NCBI GenBank assembly: GCA_964637135.1
Contig: CAZWTX010000015.1
Coordinates: 1 to 56,521, forward strand
DNA: 56,521 nucleotides
Direction: 5' to 3'
DNA from: an uncultured Methanospirillum sp.
GTDB lineage: Archaea; Halobacteriota; Methanomicrobia; Methanomicrobiales; Methanospirillaceae
The notes below the pieces were generated by a model. That model saw nothing but the letters and a program-made list of their open reading frames with translations. It made no database searches and was not told where the DNA came from. Positions 9,653 to 20,538 of the stretch are shown here, one piece after another. The position numbers and the translations under genes are program-made. Each line of letters begins with the position of its first letter. Position 1 is the stretch's first letter.

Positions 9653-12600
9653 TCACGATAAGTGAGACACCGTATTCCCAAGTTCTACCACGACCTGATG
9701 TTCTCCTTCATCATCAACGAGATGTACTGTTCTATCAGGCTGGATACACCCATCAACGCTCATCGATCTGACTGCTGATCCCGGACCTCTTTTTATTATA
9801 GAGATATGATATCTTGAAGAAAGGTATTGGTAATTAATCTGGTATGATTCCCAAATCTCCGGGATACAGGGATTGAACGTCAGAAGATCCCCTCGAACCT
9901 CAAGACCGAGCAGAGATTCAAGGATCAGCGTATACATCCAGCCTGCCGATCCCGAATACCAGGTCCAGCCTCCACGTCCGGAATAAGAAGGAGCAGTATA
10001 GATATCGGACGCCATAACATACGGCTCAACCCGATATTTCTGAACATCCTGATGAGTTTTACTGTGATCGATCGGGCTGATAAACGATACCAGATTCCAG
10101 GCCTGCTCCGGATCCTTTAAAACAGCAAAAGCCATGGCTACCCAGATGGCTGCATGGGAATAATGTCCGCCGTTTTCGCGGACTCCCGGCACATATCCTT
10201 TAATGTACCCGGGATTCATCACGGATGAATCAAACGGAGGGGTGAAGAGAGAAACCAGTCCTTCATCATACCAGATAAGGTGGGTACCTACTGCCTCCAT
10301 TGCAGAGATACCTCTCTCTTTTGATGCGGCCCCGGAAAGGACAGCCCAGCTCTGGGAGAGAGAGTCTATCCTGCATTCCTGGTTGATGGAAGAGCCGAGT
10401 GGCTGCCCTGAATCGAAAAAGGCCCGGCGGTACCATTCACCATCCCACCCGGATTTTTCAAGATTATCCCGCATCAGATCGGCATTGGCCCGGCAACACT
10501 CTGCAAATCCTGGATCATTTCGACTTGTTGAGATTCTGGCAAACTGGATAAGCAGGTCATAGAGGAAAAAACCGAGCCACACACTCTCTCCCTGCCCTCC
10601 TGCCCCGACAAGATTCATCCCATCGTTCCAGTCTCCGGTTCCCATGAGCGGAAGGCCATGGACACCAACCTTCAGACTCAACCGGATAGCACGTACACAA
10701 TGCTCATAGAGCGTACCGTCTGACGCAGATATTCCAGGGAGATCATAATATGAGTCCTCGTCAGGATGCACTTTTCTCCCTTCAAGAAAAGGAACCACCT
10801 CATCAAGGATTTCGAAATCGTTGGTAGCGGTAACATATCTGCAGGTTGCATACGGGAGCCACAGATAATCATCAGAACACCGGGTCCTCACTCCGCGACC
10901 GATCGGCGGATGCCACCAGTGCTGAACATCACCTTCTGAAAACTGATGGCTGGCACAGAGGAGGAGTTGTTTTCTTGCAAGTTCTGGCTTTGTATGGATA
11001 AGGGCCATCACGTCCTGCAGTTGATCCCGGAATCCAAACGCTCCTCCTGACTGATAAAACCCTGATCGTGCCCAGAGACGGGAAACGATCGTCTGGTAGA
11101 GGAGCCATCCGTTGACGAGCAGATCCACGGATGGATCAGGTGTCGTGATGTTCACCGATCCGAGTGTTGATGCCCAGAAATCGTTCACCGCTTTCAGTGA
11201 GGCACGTGCAGCGCCGACTCCGCGATTGCGGAGAACAAGAGTTCGTGCATCCTCTTCATCACGACCGATTCCAAGGGTAAAGATGATCTCACGTTCCTCG
11301 CCCTCCGTAAGTTCACATACGACCTGGATCGCCGCACATGGATCAAGACCGGCTCCGACTTTATTGGAGAGCCGTTCCTGATCCATCGCAGCGGGTTTTT
11401 CCATCGAACCATTCCGTCCGATGAATTCGTACCGATCCCCGGTTATCGTTCTGTTCAGGATGTTTGAGTCAAGAAATGCTATCCTTCCCGGGAATTCAGA
11501 ATTATACGGATTTTTAGCGATAACCGCTCCGGTCACCGGATCTTGTTCTGTGATCACATAGGGCAGTGATCGCGACCGGGATTCTCCTAATACCCATTCA
11601 ACATAACAGGTTACGGAAAGAAACCTGGCTCTCCCGGACTGATTTTTTACCCGGAGAGAGAGGATTTTTACCGGATCATGCCGGGATACAAGGACCGTCA
11701 GGGTGGTATGAATCCCATTGCCTGCGTATTCAAAGACTGAATAACCGAATCCATGGCGGGTTATGTAATTATTACGGCCCCTGACCGGTAAGGGAGCAGG
11801 AGACCAGAATCTGCCGGTTTCTTCATCCCTGATGTACAGGGCCTCACCCGAGAGATCAGAGACCGGATCGTTTGTCCAGGGAGTAAGCCTGAATTCATGG
11901 GCATTCTCACTCCAGGTATAAGCACTCCCGCTCTCTGATATCACGGTCCCAAAATGCTCATTTGCCAGTACATTTACCCAGGGTGCCGGAGTTATCTTTT
12001 CTTTTCCGGTGAAGATGAGATACTCCTTTCCATCAGGTGAAAACCCGCCAATTCCGTTGAAATAGAGAAGATCTTCACCAGAAGTGGATAAACCGGGATC
12101 TGTCTCCCGGTTATGTGTCCGGGTGGGGATAAGCGAGGGCATCGGGATCTCATTCCAGCCAGGCCGTTCCAGTTGTTGAGCAAGAGTGCCCCTCCGATCC
12201 GATAGTATCGCCCGTGCCACTGTCTGTATAAGGATACGATCCTCATCTGACATCTGCTCCAGGCGCCGGATAAAAATCCCCCCTTTCTGATTTAACTGTG
12301 GATAATCAGAACCCTGGGGAATCTGACGCATTATCTCATCATGCAGTTCCTGCCGGTAACCAGACTGTTCCTCATTCCAGATCACCAGATCAACCATCAG
12401 ACCCTTTATTCGCCAGTATGCATGGGCCTGAACCATCTCTTTTACCAGATCGATCCCGCTCTGATGTTGAATCCTCACCAGTACGAGAGGGATATCCCCT
12501 GATATTCCATACCCCCACAGACCAGACTGGCCACGGGAGTTCTTTTCCAGTATCTTCTGGCTCGCCCGTCGCGAGGGGTGAGGATAGATAACCGAAGATG

Positions 12601-15600
12601 CAAGACTCCCAAAAACCCGGGCATCCCTCTCTGTAGCATTCAATTGTTTAAGGACAACCTGTGCATGAGTCCAGGCAAGTTCGGATACCCGATCCGCGAT
12701 GTAACTATCGTAATACTTGTCAACAAGGGCAACCGATTTATCCCGGCTTTCACTGACGCCGGTAAAAATATTCACTCCTGCAGTCTCCTGGGGATCCAAT
12801 ATGATTGTGCATCTGATGGCAACCACGGGATCAAGCACCGAACCCGCCGTGTTTGAAAGGACAGATGAATCTGTCATTGCGACAGGATTTGACAGGGAAT
12901 TCATCCTTCCGATAAAATTTGACCTGACCGTCTCGAATGAGATCTCTCGCACCACGGTGCCCTGGACCGTCATGAGATGAAACATCCATGGCGGTTTTTC
13001 ATCCTCTGAACGTGATCTTCTTGTGGCTAGTATCGCATTCTTCTCCTGGAGAAGTTCAGTCTGAACAAAAAGGTTACTGAAGGCCGGATGTGATTCATCA
13101 GAGGACTGGGGAGCCAGGACCACCTCGGCATAACTGGTAAACTCCAGGGTCCTTCGTTTCCAGGACCGGTTTGTTACGCGTATTCTTCGCAGTTCCACGT
13201 CATCTTCAGGAGAAACGATGATTTCGGTGCGGGTATCAATGTCCCGGTCCCGTCTTCTGAATTCAGCACGGGCCTGTTTAAATGTTGTTTGAAAGGTTTC
13301 AGGATTCTTTTGCGTGGGCTGGTATCCATTCGACCAAAACTCTCCACTTGCGAGATCCCTGATATAACAGAAGGTTCCCGAGTTGTCTGTGGTTGGATCT
13401 TCCCGCCACCGGGTAACGGCAAGATCGTTCCACCTGCTGTACCCTGATCCGCTATTATTCACCATCACATGGTAATGTCCGTTCGAGAGAAGGTGTACTT
13501 CAGGCCGGGGTGTCTGTGCGGTCTGAAAGGTACGCGTCAGCGATTCTGACTCACCATTCTTCTTATGCACCCCCTGGACATCACCGGTGTGTGGATAGAA
13601 CGGAGTAATACGGGGCATCTTCTCCTGAAGGAGCATGAGCGTTGCCTGAAGGGAGGGATCTGCTTCAAACCGCCGTTGCATGGGACGATTATGAAGAACG
13701 TAGGTAAGCGAAAGCAACGTCATTCCCTGGTGATGTACCATAAACGACTTCACGATCGCGTGATTCTGGCCGGGAGGAATTCGTGATGGAGTGAAATCAA
13801 CTGCCTCGTAAAAACCGTATGCCCCTGCATATCCGAGTGATTCCATCTCCTTCAGATTCATGCAGGTCAGAGAAGGATGGACCATCAGCCCCATCACTGC
13901 AGCATAAGGGGCAATGACCAGATCTTCAGAAAGACCACGCTTAAACCCTAGACCAGGAACCCCGAATGCCCGGTATTGGTAGTTCTGGTTTGCATCAATG
14001 ATATTATAGCCGGATTCTGATATCCCCCAGGGAACATTCCGCTGCCTACCATACTCCATCTGTCTGTAAACCACCGTACGGTAGGTGCGATCCAGAAGAG
14101 TATTCTCATAATTCGGCATCAGGAGGAGTGGCATGAGGTATTCGAACATCGAACCACTCCAGGAGATAAGCGTTGTTCTGCCCTTTCCGGTGGTCGTGAG
14201 CAGACGCCCTAACGCAAACCAGTGCTCCTGGGGAAGATGCCCCTGGGCAATGCCGATAAAACTGGCCAGTCGTGCTTCAGATGCGAGGAGATCGTAAAAA
14301 CTGGCATCGCGTTTGAGATCTGTTGCATTATACCCGATGGCAAGGAGTTTGCTGGCCGGATCATACAGAAACTCGTACTCGATATCAGAGTACATTTCGC
14401 ATTCCTCTGCACACTCAGATACCCTTCGAATGAGATCTTCGGCCCGGATGCTTGAGATCTCCATCTCTTCCAGCGTTCTGGCAAGCCATTGATATCCGCT
14501 CCCTGGTGTGGTGACAGGATCTGTTCCTGCTGCAACCCACTCCAGTAACGGAGAGAGTTCGCTCTGAAAAACGTCTCTGATATCAGCGATTTCCCGGAAC
14601 GTGGGAATGTGGGTTACGAGTGACTCATATTTTTCCAGGAAGAGGGAGAGAGCGGGCGAAAGGTCAGCAGGAATCTCATTCCGGAGCGTGTCCGGATAAT
14701 TTCCGGTGGACCCCCATGAAAGAACGGAGGTTACATCAGCCAGATATGTCTGTACCTGACGCAATGCTGCATCTGCCCACCACCTGACTTCATCATCAGG
14801 GTATGTACCGAGGATGACGAGAAGGTCTGACCCCGTCTCATTGAGATGGGCAAGATAGTGAATCATCTCGGGAATCGTTTTCGGTATCCGGGGTACTGAC
14901 TCCTTCATCGTCGCAATTTTTGTTCGAACGAGAACCGGTACTTCTCCCGTGCTCGGTTCAGATGCCTGCAATGCATCGGTAAGGAGATGAATCACATCAG
15001 AGAGTCCGTCGGCAAATTTCAGGGAAATAACCGGCTCGTTTGGGAGTTCATAAAGTCCCTGCCGTAGTACCAGCAGATCCGCGACAAGGTTGCCGCTATC
15101 GACCGTGGAGATGTACCGGGGAAGCAGGGGATCTAACGTTATCGTGTCATACCAGTTGTAGAAATGACCCCGGAATCTCTTCAGGTTTCCCATGGTTGCC
15201 AGAGTTTTTTGAGTACGATCGATGAGCTCACCCGCGGGAATGTACCCGAAGTCGTAGGCGGTAAGATTCGCGAGTAAAGAGAGTCCGATATCGGTTGGAG
15301 AGGTCCGATGAGCAATAGCAGCAACCGGATGTTCCTGGTAGTTGTCAGGGGGGAGATAATGATCTTCAGCCGTGACAAAGACTTCAAAAAAACGCCAGGT
15401 TTTTCGTGCAATCGTTCTCAAAAAAAGGTTTTGTTCAGGAGAAAGGGGGGGAGTCCGGGACGTTAGCGGCTGGCTTATCCACCAGGCGATGGCAGGGGAG
15501 AGAATCCATGCACCGGCGAAGATGATGCAGGAAGGAGATACCGATACTGGCAGTAATCCCGGAAGTATGAGCAATCCGGTCCCGATTACCGGTGCTGGCC

Positions 15601-18445
15601 ACATAATACCGTACGAACCGGAAACACCGGAGACCCCCCTTCGGCCAGCTTCCTGGTGGGTGGTCCATTCAAGCAGGTTCTGATGAGAGATCTTCATCCG
15701 CCAGCAGGAGCGAACAATCGCATCAAGACTGATATATGCTTCAAAGGGGAGGAAAGCCAGCGTGAGCAATGGGACGGCAATCATCCCCTGAAGATCAGGG
15801 CCCATATCATGGATATGCATCCTCCAGGTACGCCCTCCCGGCTTTCGAATGATGTTATGAGATATCGTGATTATCGGGGGAATCAGGAACAGCGATACGA
15901 TAAAAACGGTCCAGAAGAGGGGATCTGAAAGAAGCGTCCATGACAGGAGTAAAAGAAGAACGGTAACCGGGGTGGTGAGACTTCGTATCAGATTATCAAA
16001 GATCTTCCATCGTGAAAGAAAAGAGAGCGTGTTTTGTTCCTTTCGAGACGAATTATCAGGAACCGGTGAAAATATCCAGGGGAGAATCTGCCAGTCGCCT
16101 CTGATCCACCGATGTCTCCGGGTGATATCAGCAAGGTAACTTGTGGGATATTCTTCAAAGATCTGTACGTCGCTGACCAGGCCGGTCCGGGCATAGCACC
16201 CCTCCAGAAGATCGTGACTTAATATGAGATTTTCCGGAAACCGACCCTTGACTGCCTGGGAGAATGCGTTGAGATCATAGATCCCTTTTCCAATAAACGA
16301 TCCCTCGAAAAACGCATCCTGGTACACATCGGATACAACACGGGTGTAGGGATCTATTCCCCGTTCGCCCCCAAAGAGTGATACAAACCGGGAGATTCCC
16401 GATTCAGAGAGAGATATGGCCACAAGAGGCTGAAGAATGCCGTATCCTTCGCTGATCACCCGGGTTTTCGGATCGATCCAGGGTCTGTTCAGGGGATGTG
16501 CCATCGCACCAATGAGTGTTCGTGCACTATTCCGGGGGAGATCGGTATCGGTATCCAATGTAATGACATAGGTGATATTCGAAAGCGCTTCCAGATTGCC
16601 AGCGATACACGAAAACGGATTTTTCCCGGGATCTGAGAGGAATTTATTGAATGCTTCGAGGATTCCACGTTTCCGTTCGTATCCCATGAAGATTCCTTCA
16701 CCAGAATTCCAGGTACGGTTCCGGTGCATGAGAAAAAATGTATCCGGGTTTTCTTTCCGGTATTTTTCATTCAGTTTTGTAATTCCACCGGCAAGCAGGG
16801 ATACCAGTTCTGCATCTTCAGGCATCTGTGCGGCAGGGGCCGTTTTAAGATCGGTGAGCAGTGCAAAGAAGAGGTTTCTGTCCTTGTTTGCGAGAAATCT
16901 GATTTCGAGCGACTCAATCAGGTTCGCAATATCTGCAAATCCTGAAAGGACCGTAGGGATAACCACTACCGTTCTCCGATTGTTCGGGATCCCGTGAGAA
17001 TAGTCCATCTTCGGAAGAGATACCGGGGTGAGAACCAGAGTACATACCCAGTTTGTCACTTTCATTGCACTCTGACTGATGGGAAATGCGAGCAATATCA
17101 GAACGGGAAGAATGATGTACCATTCACGGGGCATGAGCCGGGTTACTGCAAAATACAGAACCATGAGGGTGGCGAATACAATCGCACCAATGTAAAGGGG
17201 AAAGAAGTGAGTATGTCCGGTCCTTTTGATCCGATCAATTCCTGACTGATGATGAAAGAGTGCTTCTTCAAGCGTCCTTCTTCCTTCATCTATCAGATAA
17301 TATCCAAGATGAGACTGTCTTTTTTTATGATGTTTGCGTTTTCTCGCTAGACTTGCATGTTCAACCGCTTTTTGTGCAACCAGGTTCTCTGAGATCCCTC
17401 CTTTCCGGGCGATCTCTTCAACCACGTGGCGATACCGGTCCCTGGTTTCAAAATCCATCGCTGCATATTCATCTGCAGGATCACTGCGAAGGGTTTGTTC
17501 AACAATACTCAGCCGTTCAACAAAAGAACGCCAGTCACTGGAATCAAGAAGGCGAAGACTGCTTATGCTGTTTCCAAAAGAGACCTGATCAGCAGCCTGA
17601 GCCTGTATCTCCGCACTGATCATCTGTTCAAGGGTCTGGTTTTTTTCAGATAACCGCTGTTCTATCCATGAAAGGGCAAACAGGAGAGGACCTGAACTTC
17701 CCTGCAGGTGGCGTGCCACCTCGGCAACAAAAGCACTGGTCAGGGGTGGATCCGAACGTGCCATATCAGCAATAACAAGAATGAGACTTTTTGGATCCTG
17801 TCGTGCCATTTTGGTCATGCAATCGACCCAGTAATTGGCAGATTCACGATCTGATCGGTTTTCTGATATAATATCGGCGACTCTGCGCAAATTCTCGATC
17901 AATGCGAGTCTGAACATGATGGGAATTGCCCATAACTCTCCGAGCCTGAGCGGTGTGACCTGCTGGTATGCATCGATAAAAACGAAGAGGTTTTCAGTAT
18001 CTATACGCCCGTCGCTGTGTGCTATGAGTTCTTTTGCGATATGGTAGACCCGGGGATAACCTTCCAGCGGTCCGTTTGCGAGGTGGGGAAGTTCTTTGCT
18101 GTATTCTTCAGGAAGATGGAGACGGGCAACGCGTATCTGCTCCTCGACAAGATAGAAATTATCCAGGAGCCATTCGCCAGCCGGGGCAACCGGTGAATTT
18201 CCTTCAATTACGGTATTGAGGAGTTTATATGCCTTTAACAGAACCTGCTCATTATCGGCAAGCCGGGGCAGAAGGCGATCTTCTCCTTTTCGCGTATCAA
18301 TCCGATAACATTCTGCAATTTCCTTTGCATGCTTCTCCAGTTGATCTCCGCTGAAGAGTTCGTCGCGAAGGGGACCCCGATCAATCTGGTCACGATGATA
18401 TCTTTTTTCCGTCCGTTCTTTTCTGGGTGCAAATGTGTTTCTCAA
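9653..18445 (-). CDS. ndvB: Cyclic beta-1,2-glucan synthase (Cgs/NdvB/ChvB-like): GT84 + central transglycosylase + GH94 phosphorylase domains
   Basis: 2930 aa. GELWAIPIM, ERKRG, TLDTDT, LSHDLLEG, RRHRWIRGDWQ; YDLLASEAR, SWSGSMFEYLMP, WGISES; QSGGAFGFRDQLQD, GDWNDGMN, ENGGHYSHAA. TTG start is uncertain. Confidence 0.92.
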   Translation of the reverse strand: MRNTFAPRKERTEKRYHRDQIDRGPLRDELFSGDQLEKHAKEIAECYRIDTRKGEDRLLPRLADNEQVLLKAYKLLNTVIEGNSPVAPAGEWLLDNFYLVEEQIRVARLHLPEEYSKELPHLANGPLEGYPRVYHIAKELIAHSDGRIDTENLFVFIDAYQQVTPLRLGELWAIPIMFRLALIENLRRVADIISENRSDRESANYWVDCMTKMARQDPKSLILVIADMARSDPPLTSAFVAEVARHLQGSSGPLLFALSWIEQRLSEKNQTLEQMISAEIQAQAADQVSFGNSISSLRLLDSSDWRSFVERLSIVEQTLRSDPADEYAAMDFETRDRYRHVVEEIARKGGISENLVAQKAVEHASLARKRKHHKKRQSHLGYYLIDEGRRTLEEALFHHQSGIDRIKRTGHTHFFPLYIGAIVFATLMVLYFAVTRLMPREWYIILPVLILLAFPISQSAMKVTNWVCTLVLTPVSLPKMDYSHGIPNNRRTVVVIPTVLSGFADIANLIESLEIRFLANKDRNLFFALLTDLKTAPAAQMPEDAELVSLLAGGITKLNEKYRKENPDTFFLMHRNRTWNSGEGIFMGYERKRGILEAFNKFLSDPGKNPFSCIAGNLEALSNITYVITLDTDTDLPRNSARTLIGAMAHPLNRPWIDPKTRVISEGYGILQPLVAISLSESGISRFVSLFGGERGIDPYTRVVSDVYQDAFFEGSFIGKGIYDLNAFSQAVKGRFPENLILSHDLLEGCYARTGLVSDVQIFEEYPTSYLADITRRHRWIRGDWQILPWIFSPVPDNSSRKEQNTLSFLSRWKIFDNLIRSLTTPVTVLLLLLSWTLLSDPLFWTVFIVSLFLIPPIITISHNIIRKPGGRTWRMHIHDMGPDLQGMIAVPLLTLAFLPFEAYISLDAIVRSCWRMKISHQNLLEWTTHQEAGRRGVSGVSGSYGIMWPAPVIGTGLLILPGLLPVSVSPSCIIFAGAWILSPAIAWWISQPLTSRTPPLSPEQNLFLRTIARKTWRFFEVFVTAEDHYLPPDNYQEHPVAAIAHRTSPTDIGLSLLANLTAYDFGYIPAGELIDRTQKTLATMGNLKRFRGHFYNWYDTITLDPLLPRYISTVDSGNLVADLLVLRQGLYELPNEPVISLKFADGLSDVIHLLTDALQASEPSTGEVPVLVRTKIATMKESVPRIPKTIPEMIHYLAHLNETGSDLLVILGTYPDDEVRWWADAALRQVQTYLADVTSVLSWGSTGNYPDTLRNEIPADLSPALSLFLEKYESLVTHIPTFREIADIRDVFQSELSPLLEWVAAGTDPVTTPGSGYQWLARTLEEMEISSIRAEDLIRRVSECAEECEMYSDIEYEFLYDPASKLLAIGYNATDLKRDASFYDLLASEARLASFIGIAQGHLPQEHWFALGRLLTTTGKGRTTLISWSGSMFEYLMPLLLMPNYENTLLDRTYRTVVYRQMEYGRQRNVPWGISESGYNIIDANQNYQYRAFGVPGLGFKRGLSEDLVIAPYAAVMGLMVHPSLTCMNLKEMESLGYAGAYGFYEAVDFTPSRIPPGQNHAIVKSFMVHHQGMTLLSLTYVLHNRPMQRRFEADPSLQATLMLLQEKMPRITPFYPHTGDVQGVHKKNGESESLTRTFQTAQTPRPEVHLLSNGHYHVMVNNSGSGYSRWNDLAVTRWREDPTTDNSGTFCYIRDLASGEFWSNGYQPTQKNPETFQTTFKQARAEFRRRDRDIDTRTEIIVSPEDDVELRRIRVTNRSWKRRTLEFTSYAEVVLAPQSSDESHPAFSNLFVQTELLQEKNAILATRRSRSEDEKPPWMFHLMTVQGTVVREISFETVRSNFIGRMNSLSNPVAMTDSSVLSNTAGSVLDPVVAIRCTIILDPQETAGVNIFTGVSESRDKSVALVDKYYDSYIADRVSELAWTHAQVVLKQLNATERDARVFGSLASSVIYPHPSRRASQKILEKNSRGQSGLWGYGISGDIPLVLVRIQHQSGIDLVKEMVQAHAYWRIKGLMVDLVIWNEEQSGYRQELHDEIMRQIPQGSDYPQLNQKGGIFIRRLEQMSDEDRILIQTVARAILSDRRGTLAQQLERPGWNEIPMPSLIPTRTHNRETDPGLSTSGEDLLYFNGIGGFSPDGKEYLIFTGKEKITPAPWVNVLANEHFGTVISESGSAYTWSENAHEFRLTPWTNDPVSDLSGEALYIRDEETGRFWSPAPLPVRGRNNYITRHGFGYSVFEYAGNGIHTTLTVLVSRHDPVKILSLRVKNQSGRARFLSVTCYVEWVLGESRSRSLPYVITEQDPVTGAVIAKNPYNSEFPGRIAFLDSNILNRTITGDRYEFIGRNGSMEKPAAMDQERLSNKVGAGLDPCAAIQVVCELTEGEEREIIFTLGIGRDEEDARTLVLRNRGVGAARASLKAVNDFWASTLGSVNITTPDPSVDLLVNGWLLYQTIVSRLWARSGFYQSGGAFGFRDQLQDVMALIHTKPELARKQLLLCASHQFSEGDVQHWWHPPIGRGVRTRCSDDYLWLPYATCRYVTATNDFEILDEVVPFLEGRKVHPDEDSYYDLPGISASDGTLYEHCVRAIRLSLKVGVHGLPLMGTGDWNDGMNLVGAGGQGESVWLGFFLYDLLIQFARISTSRNDPGFAECCRANADLMRDNLEKSGWDGEWYRRAFFDSGQPLGSSINQECRIDSLSQSWAVLSGAASKERGISAMEAVGTHLIWYDEGLVSLFTPPFDSSVMNPGYIKGYVPGVRENGGHYSHAAIWVAMAFAVLKDPEQAWNLVSFISPIDHSKTHQDVQKYRVEPYVMASDIYTAPSYSGRGGWTWYSGSAGWMYTLILESLLGLEVRGDLLTFNPCIPEIWESYQINYQYLSSRYHISIIKRGPGSAVRSMSVDGCIQPDRTVHLVDDEGEHQVVVELGNTVSHLS

Positions 18446-19219
18446 CGCCTTATTAATCTCCGATAATTTTTTCCAAATTCGAAAAATGCAAAACCAGACC
18501 GCAGGAGTTTATTGTCATTTCACTGTCAGGAGAGAAACGGCTCTCTATCGTATTATTACTTCTGATCAGTACCAAATCAGAGAAAACAGGATCAGATCTC
18601 ATCAATTCCCTGATCGGACGGGATGAACACCACGGCAGTATTCCTGAAGTAATATGCCGGACGGAAGATCCGGGGAGAGAGAAAAGACTGGCGATTCTCT
18701 CTCTTTTTCACAAATTCCGCGATGAGGGAGTATGGTTCAAGCCTGGAGAGTATACGCCATGGTGGCAGGCTCCGGGTAGTGTCAGGATATTCCTGGAACA
18801 AACGACCCAATATTCTATGCCCCATACCCCCCGATTCATATAAGGAGATACCTCGCAATCGGGCAATCCGGTTCTGGGGAGGGGCCTTGGTGGTAACACT
18901 TCAATCCCTGTGAGACGGGGGTTTATTTGCATATTACGGCCCGTATCTGGAGAAATCGGTGATAGGTTTTCACTCTCCTCGTTCCATTCCGTCAGCATCA
19001 TGGAAACCCGGGGATTCTTTTGATCACATCTAATCCTTCCGGATATTCTTTTCAGACACTATCACAAGAACAAAAAAAGACGAAAAACAATTATTGCCGT
19101 GTCGTCGCTGGTCCGGTTCCCTGTCGGTGAACGGATCCCTCTCCTTGGGCAAAAAACCTGTATCTCTCATGAAATTTCAAAAATCGGTTAAATATTTACA
19201 TTCAGAGAGCGGTTAACCG

Positions 19220-19609
19220 GTGTGAAAAAAGTCGTCTTAACAAGGGATACCTCAAAGGATGTCTACCGGTGTGATCCCTATCGGTGGATCTATTATCCTG
19301 AGAGAGGAGATCCCACCCAGAATATTCCTCCCGGCACGTCGTTTTCCGACCTGCCGGATACCTGGCGATGCCCCTCCTGCAAGGAACCGAAACGAGTGTT
19401 CGTGTGGATAGAGCGGGATCAGGAATGTACGGACAATATTGGATCATGAGGGATTTGGTTCATCTGTCCTGATAATCTCCGCCTGTACTAACCGGGATAA
19501 TCATCAGATTCCTCACCAATTCATCTCCGGACCGGACCGTATCTCTGGTATTCCCCGGGTAATGAGATGATCTCTCCGGATACATGAATTAATCAATCCG
19601 TACTGATGC
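19220..19609 (+). repeat. 390-bp direct repeat, copy 1
   Basis: Matches 25402-25791 (offset 6182); one mismatch seen (19229 A vs 25411 T). Confidence 0.97.
19222..19449 (+). CDS. Rubredoxin-like protein, copy 1 (first CxxC reads CxxY)
   Basis: YRCDPYRWIYYPERGDP..IPPGTSFSDLPDTWRCPSC follows the rubredoxin consensus. Confidence 0.75.
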   Translation: MKKVVLTRDTSKDVYRCDPYRWIYYPERGDPTQNIPPGTSFSDLPDTWRCPSCKEPKRVFVWIERDQECTDNIGS

Positions 19610-19764
19610 TTCAGATGAGTGGGTGTAACCAATCCATGGTGTTCTACCTCCTTATCAGGTAGAAGTCATCAGCCCGATGGACAGTTAATGGCGGACCTCA
19701 ATCGCCGTATGAGTAAAAGATTAGGTGGGATGGTATAATGGCTTTCAGATATGAAAGGAAATCT

Positions 19765-20538
19765 CTATTTTACCGTAGCAAGTTGCTGGGGATTCTGTTT
19801 CAGATCTGAAAATAATACCGGCTGGATATCGTATGCTTTGAATACCTGCAGGGATTCATCTTTGACCGGTTTAGAAATATCATCAATAATTGGGACGTAT
19901 TCTGAATCTTTTGTCCGGATCTCCTGGACATCATTCCATTCAAATATCAACGCCTCTATCCTATCCTTTCGAACTGAGGAAATAAGTTTTATCACCTGCT
20001 CGGGTTTTGTCCTGGTTCTCGCAATGATAAAGTCGAATGATTGGAATAATCCTGATTTCCCGGCAAGTCGTATGTCCGGTACTATTGGGATATCGTTATC
20101 GATGAGAAGTCGCTCCACATCTTCGCGGAAGAGGGATTGGATTTGCGGGCGACTGAGGTAATGCAGATCATTGATCGCAAGAATTGCCTGGATGAGATCA
20201 TGGACTTTTTGAGGGAAATTCGCTTTATCTGTTTGTATTGTTAAAGCTTCATCGGAATCAACTTTCACGCCATAGGATCGGATGACCGTTGCAAAGATCT
20301 CTTGCCGGTTTTTACCGGTTATTTCAACCCCGCTCTGTATAAGATCATGAATGGTATATCCATCGTCGGTGAGGAGGAAATGCGTCCCTTCAGGCACTAC
20401 ATATATCTGGATCCGGTCATTGTGGTTGTCTTTGAAAGGAGTAGTGATCTGATACGCACCATTCACCTGACCACAGGTAAGATTGCTTTGTAACCAGGTC
20501 TGGTATGACCCGACAAGCTGTTCACACATGCTGGTCAT
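19765..20538 (-). CDS. DUF1828/DUF1829-like protein
   Basis: ITTPFKDNHNDRIQIY, LTDDGYTIHDL, QAILAINDL, FREDV, GKSG..FDFII motifs. Confidence 0.8.
   Translation of the reverse strand: MTSMCEQLVGSYQTWLQSNLTCGQVNGAYQITTPFKDNHNDRIQIYVVPEGTHFLLTDDGYTIHDLIQSGVEITGKNRQEIFATVIRSYGVKVDSDEALTIQTDKANFPQKVHDLIQAILAINDLHYLSRPQIQSLFREDVERLLIDNDIPIVPDIRLAGKSGLFQSFDFIIARTRTKPEQVIKLISSVRKDRIEALIFEWNDVQEIRTKDSEYVPIIDDISKPVKDESLQVFKAYDIQPVLFSDLKQNPQQLATVK

Noticed and set aside
18446..19219. Short ORFs between ndvB and the rubredoxin gene
   Set aside because: Mutually overlapping, no motifs, no coding signal I can support.
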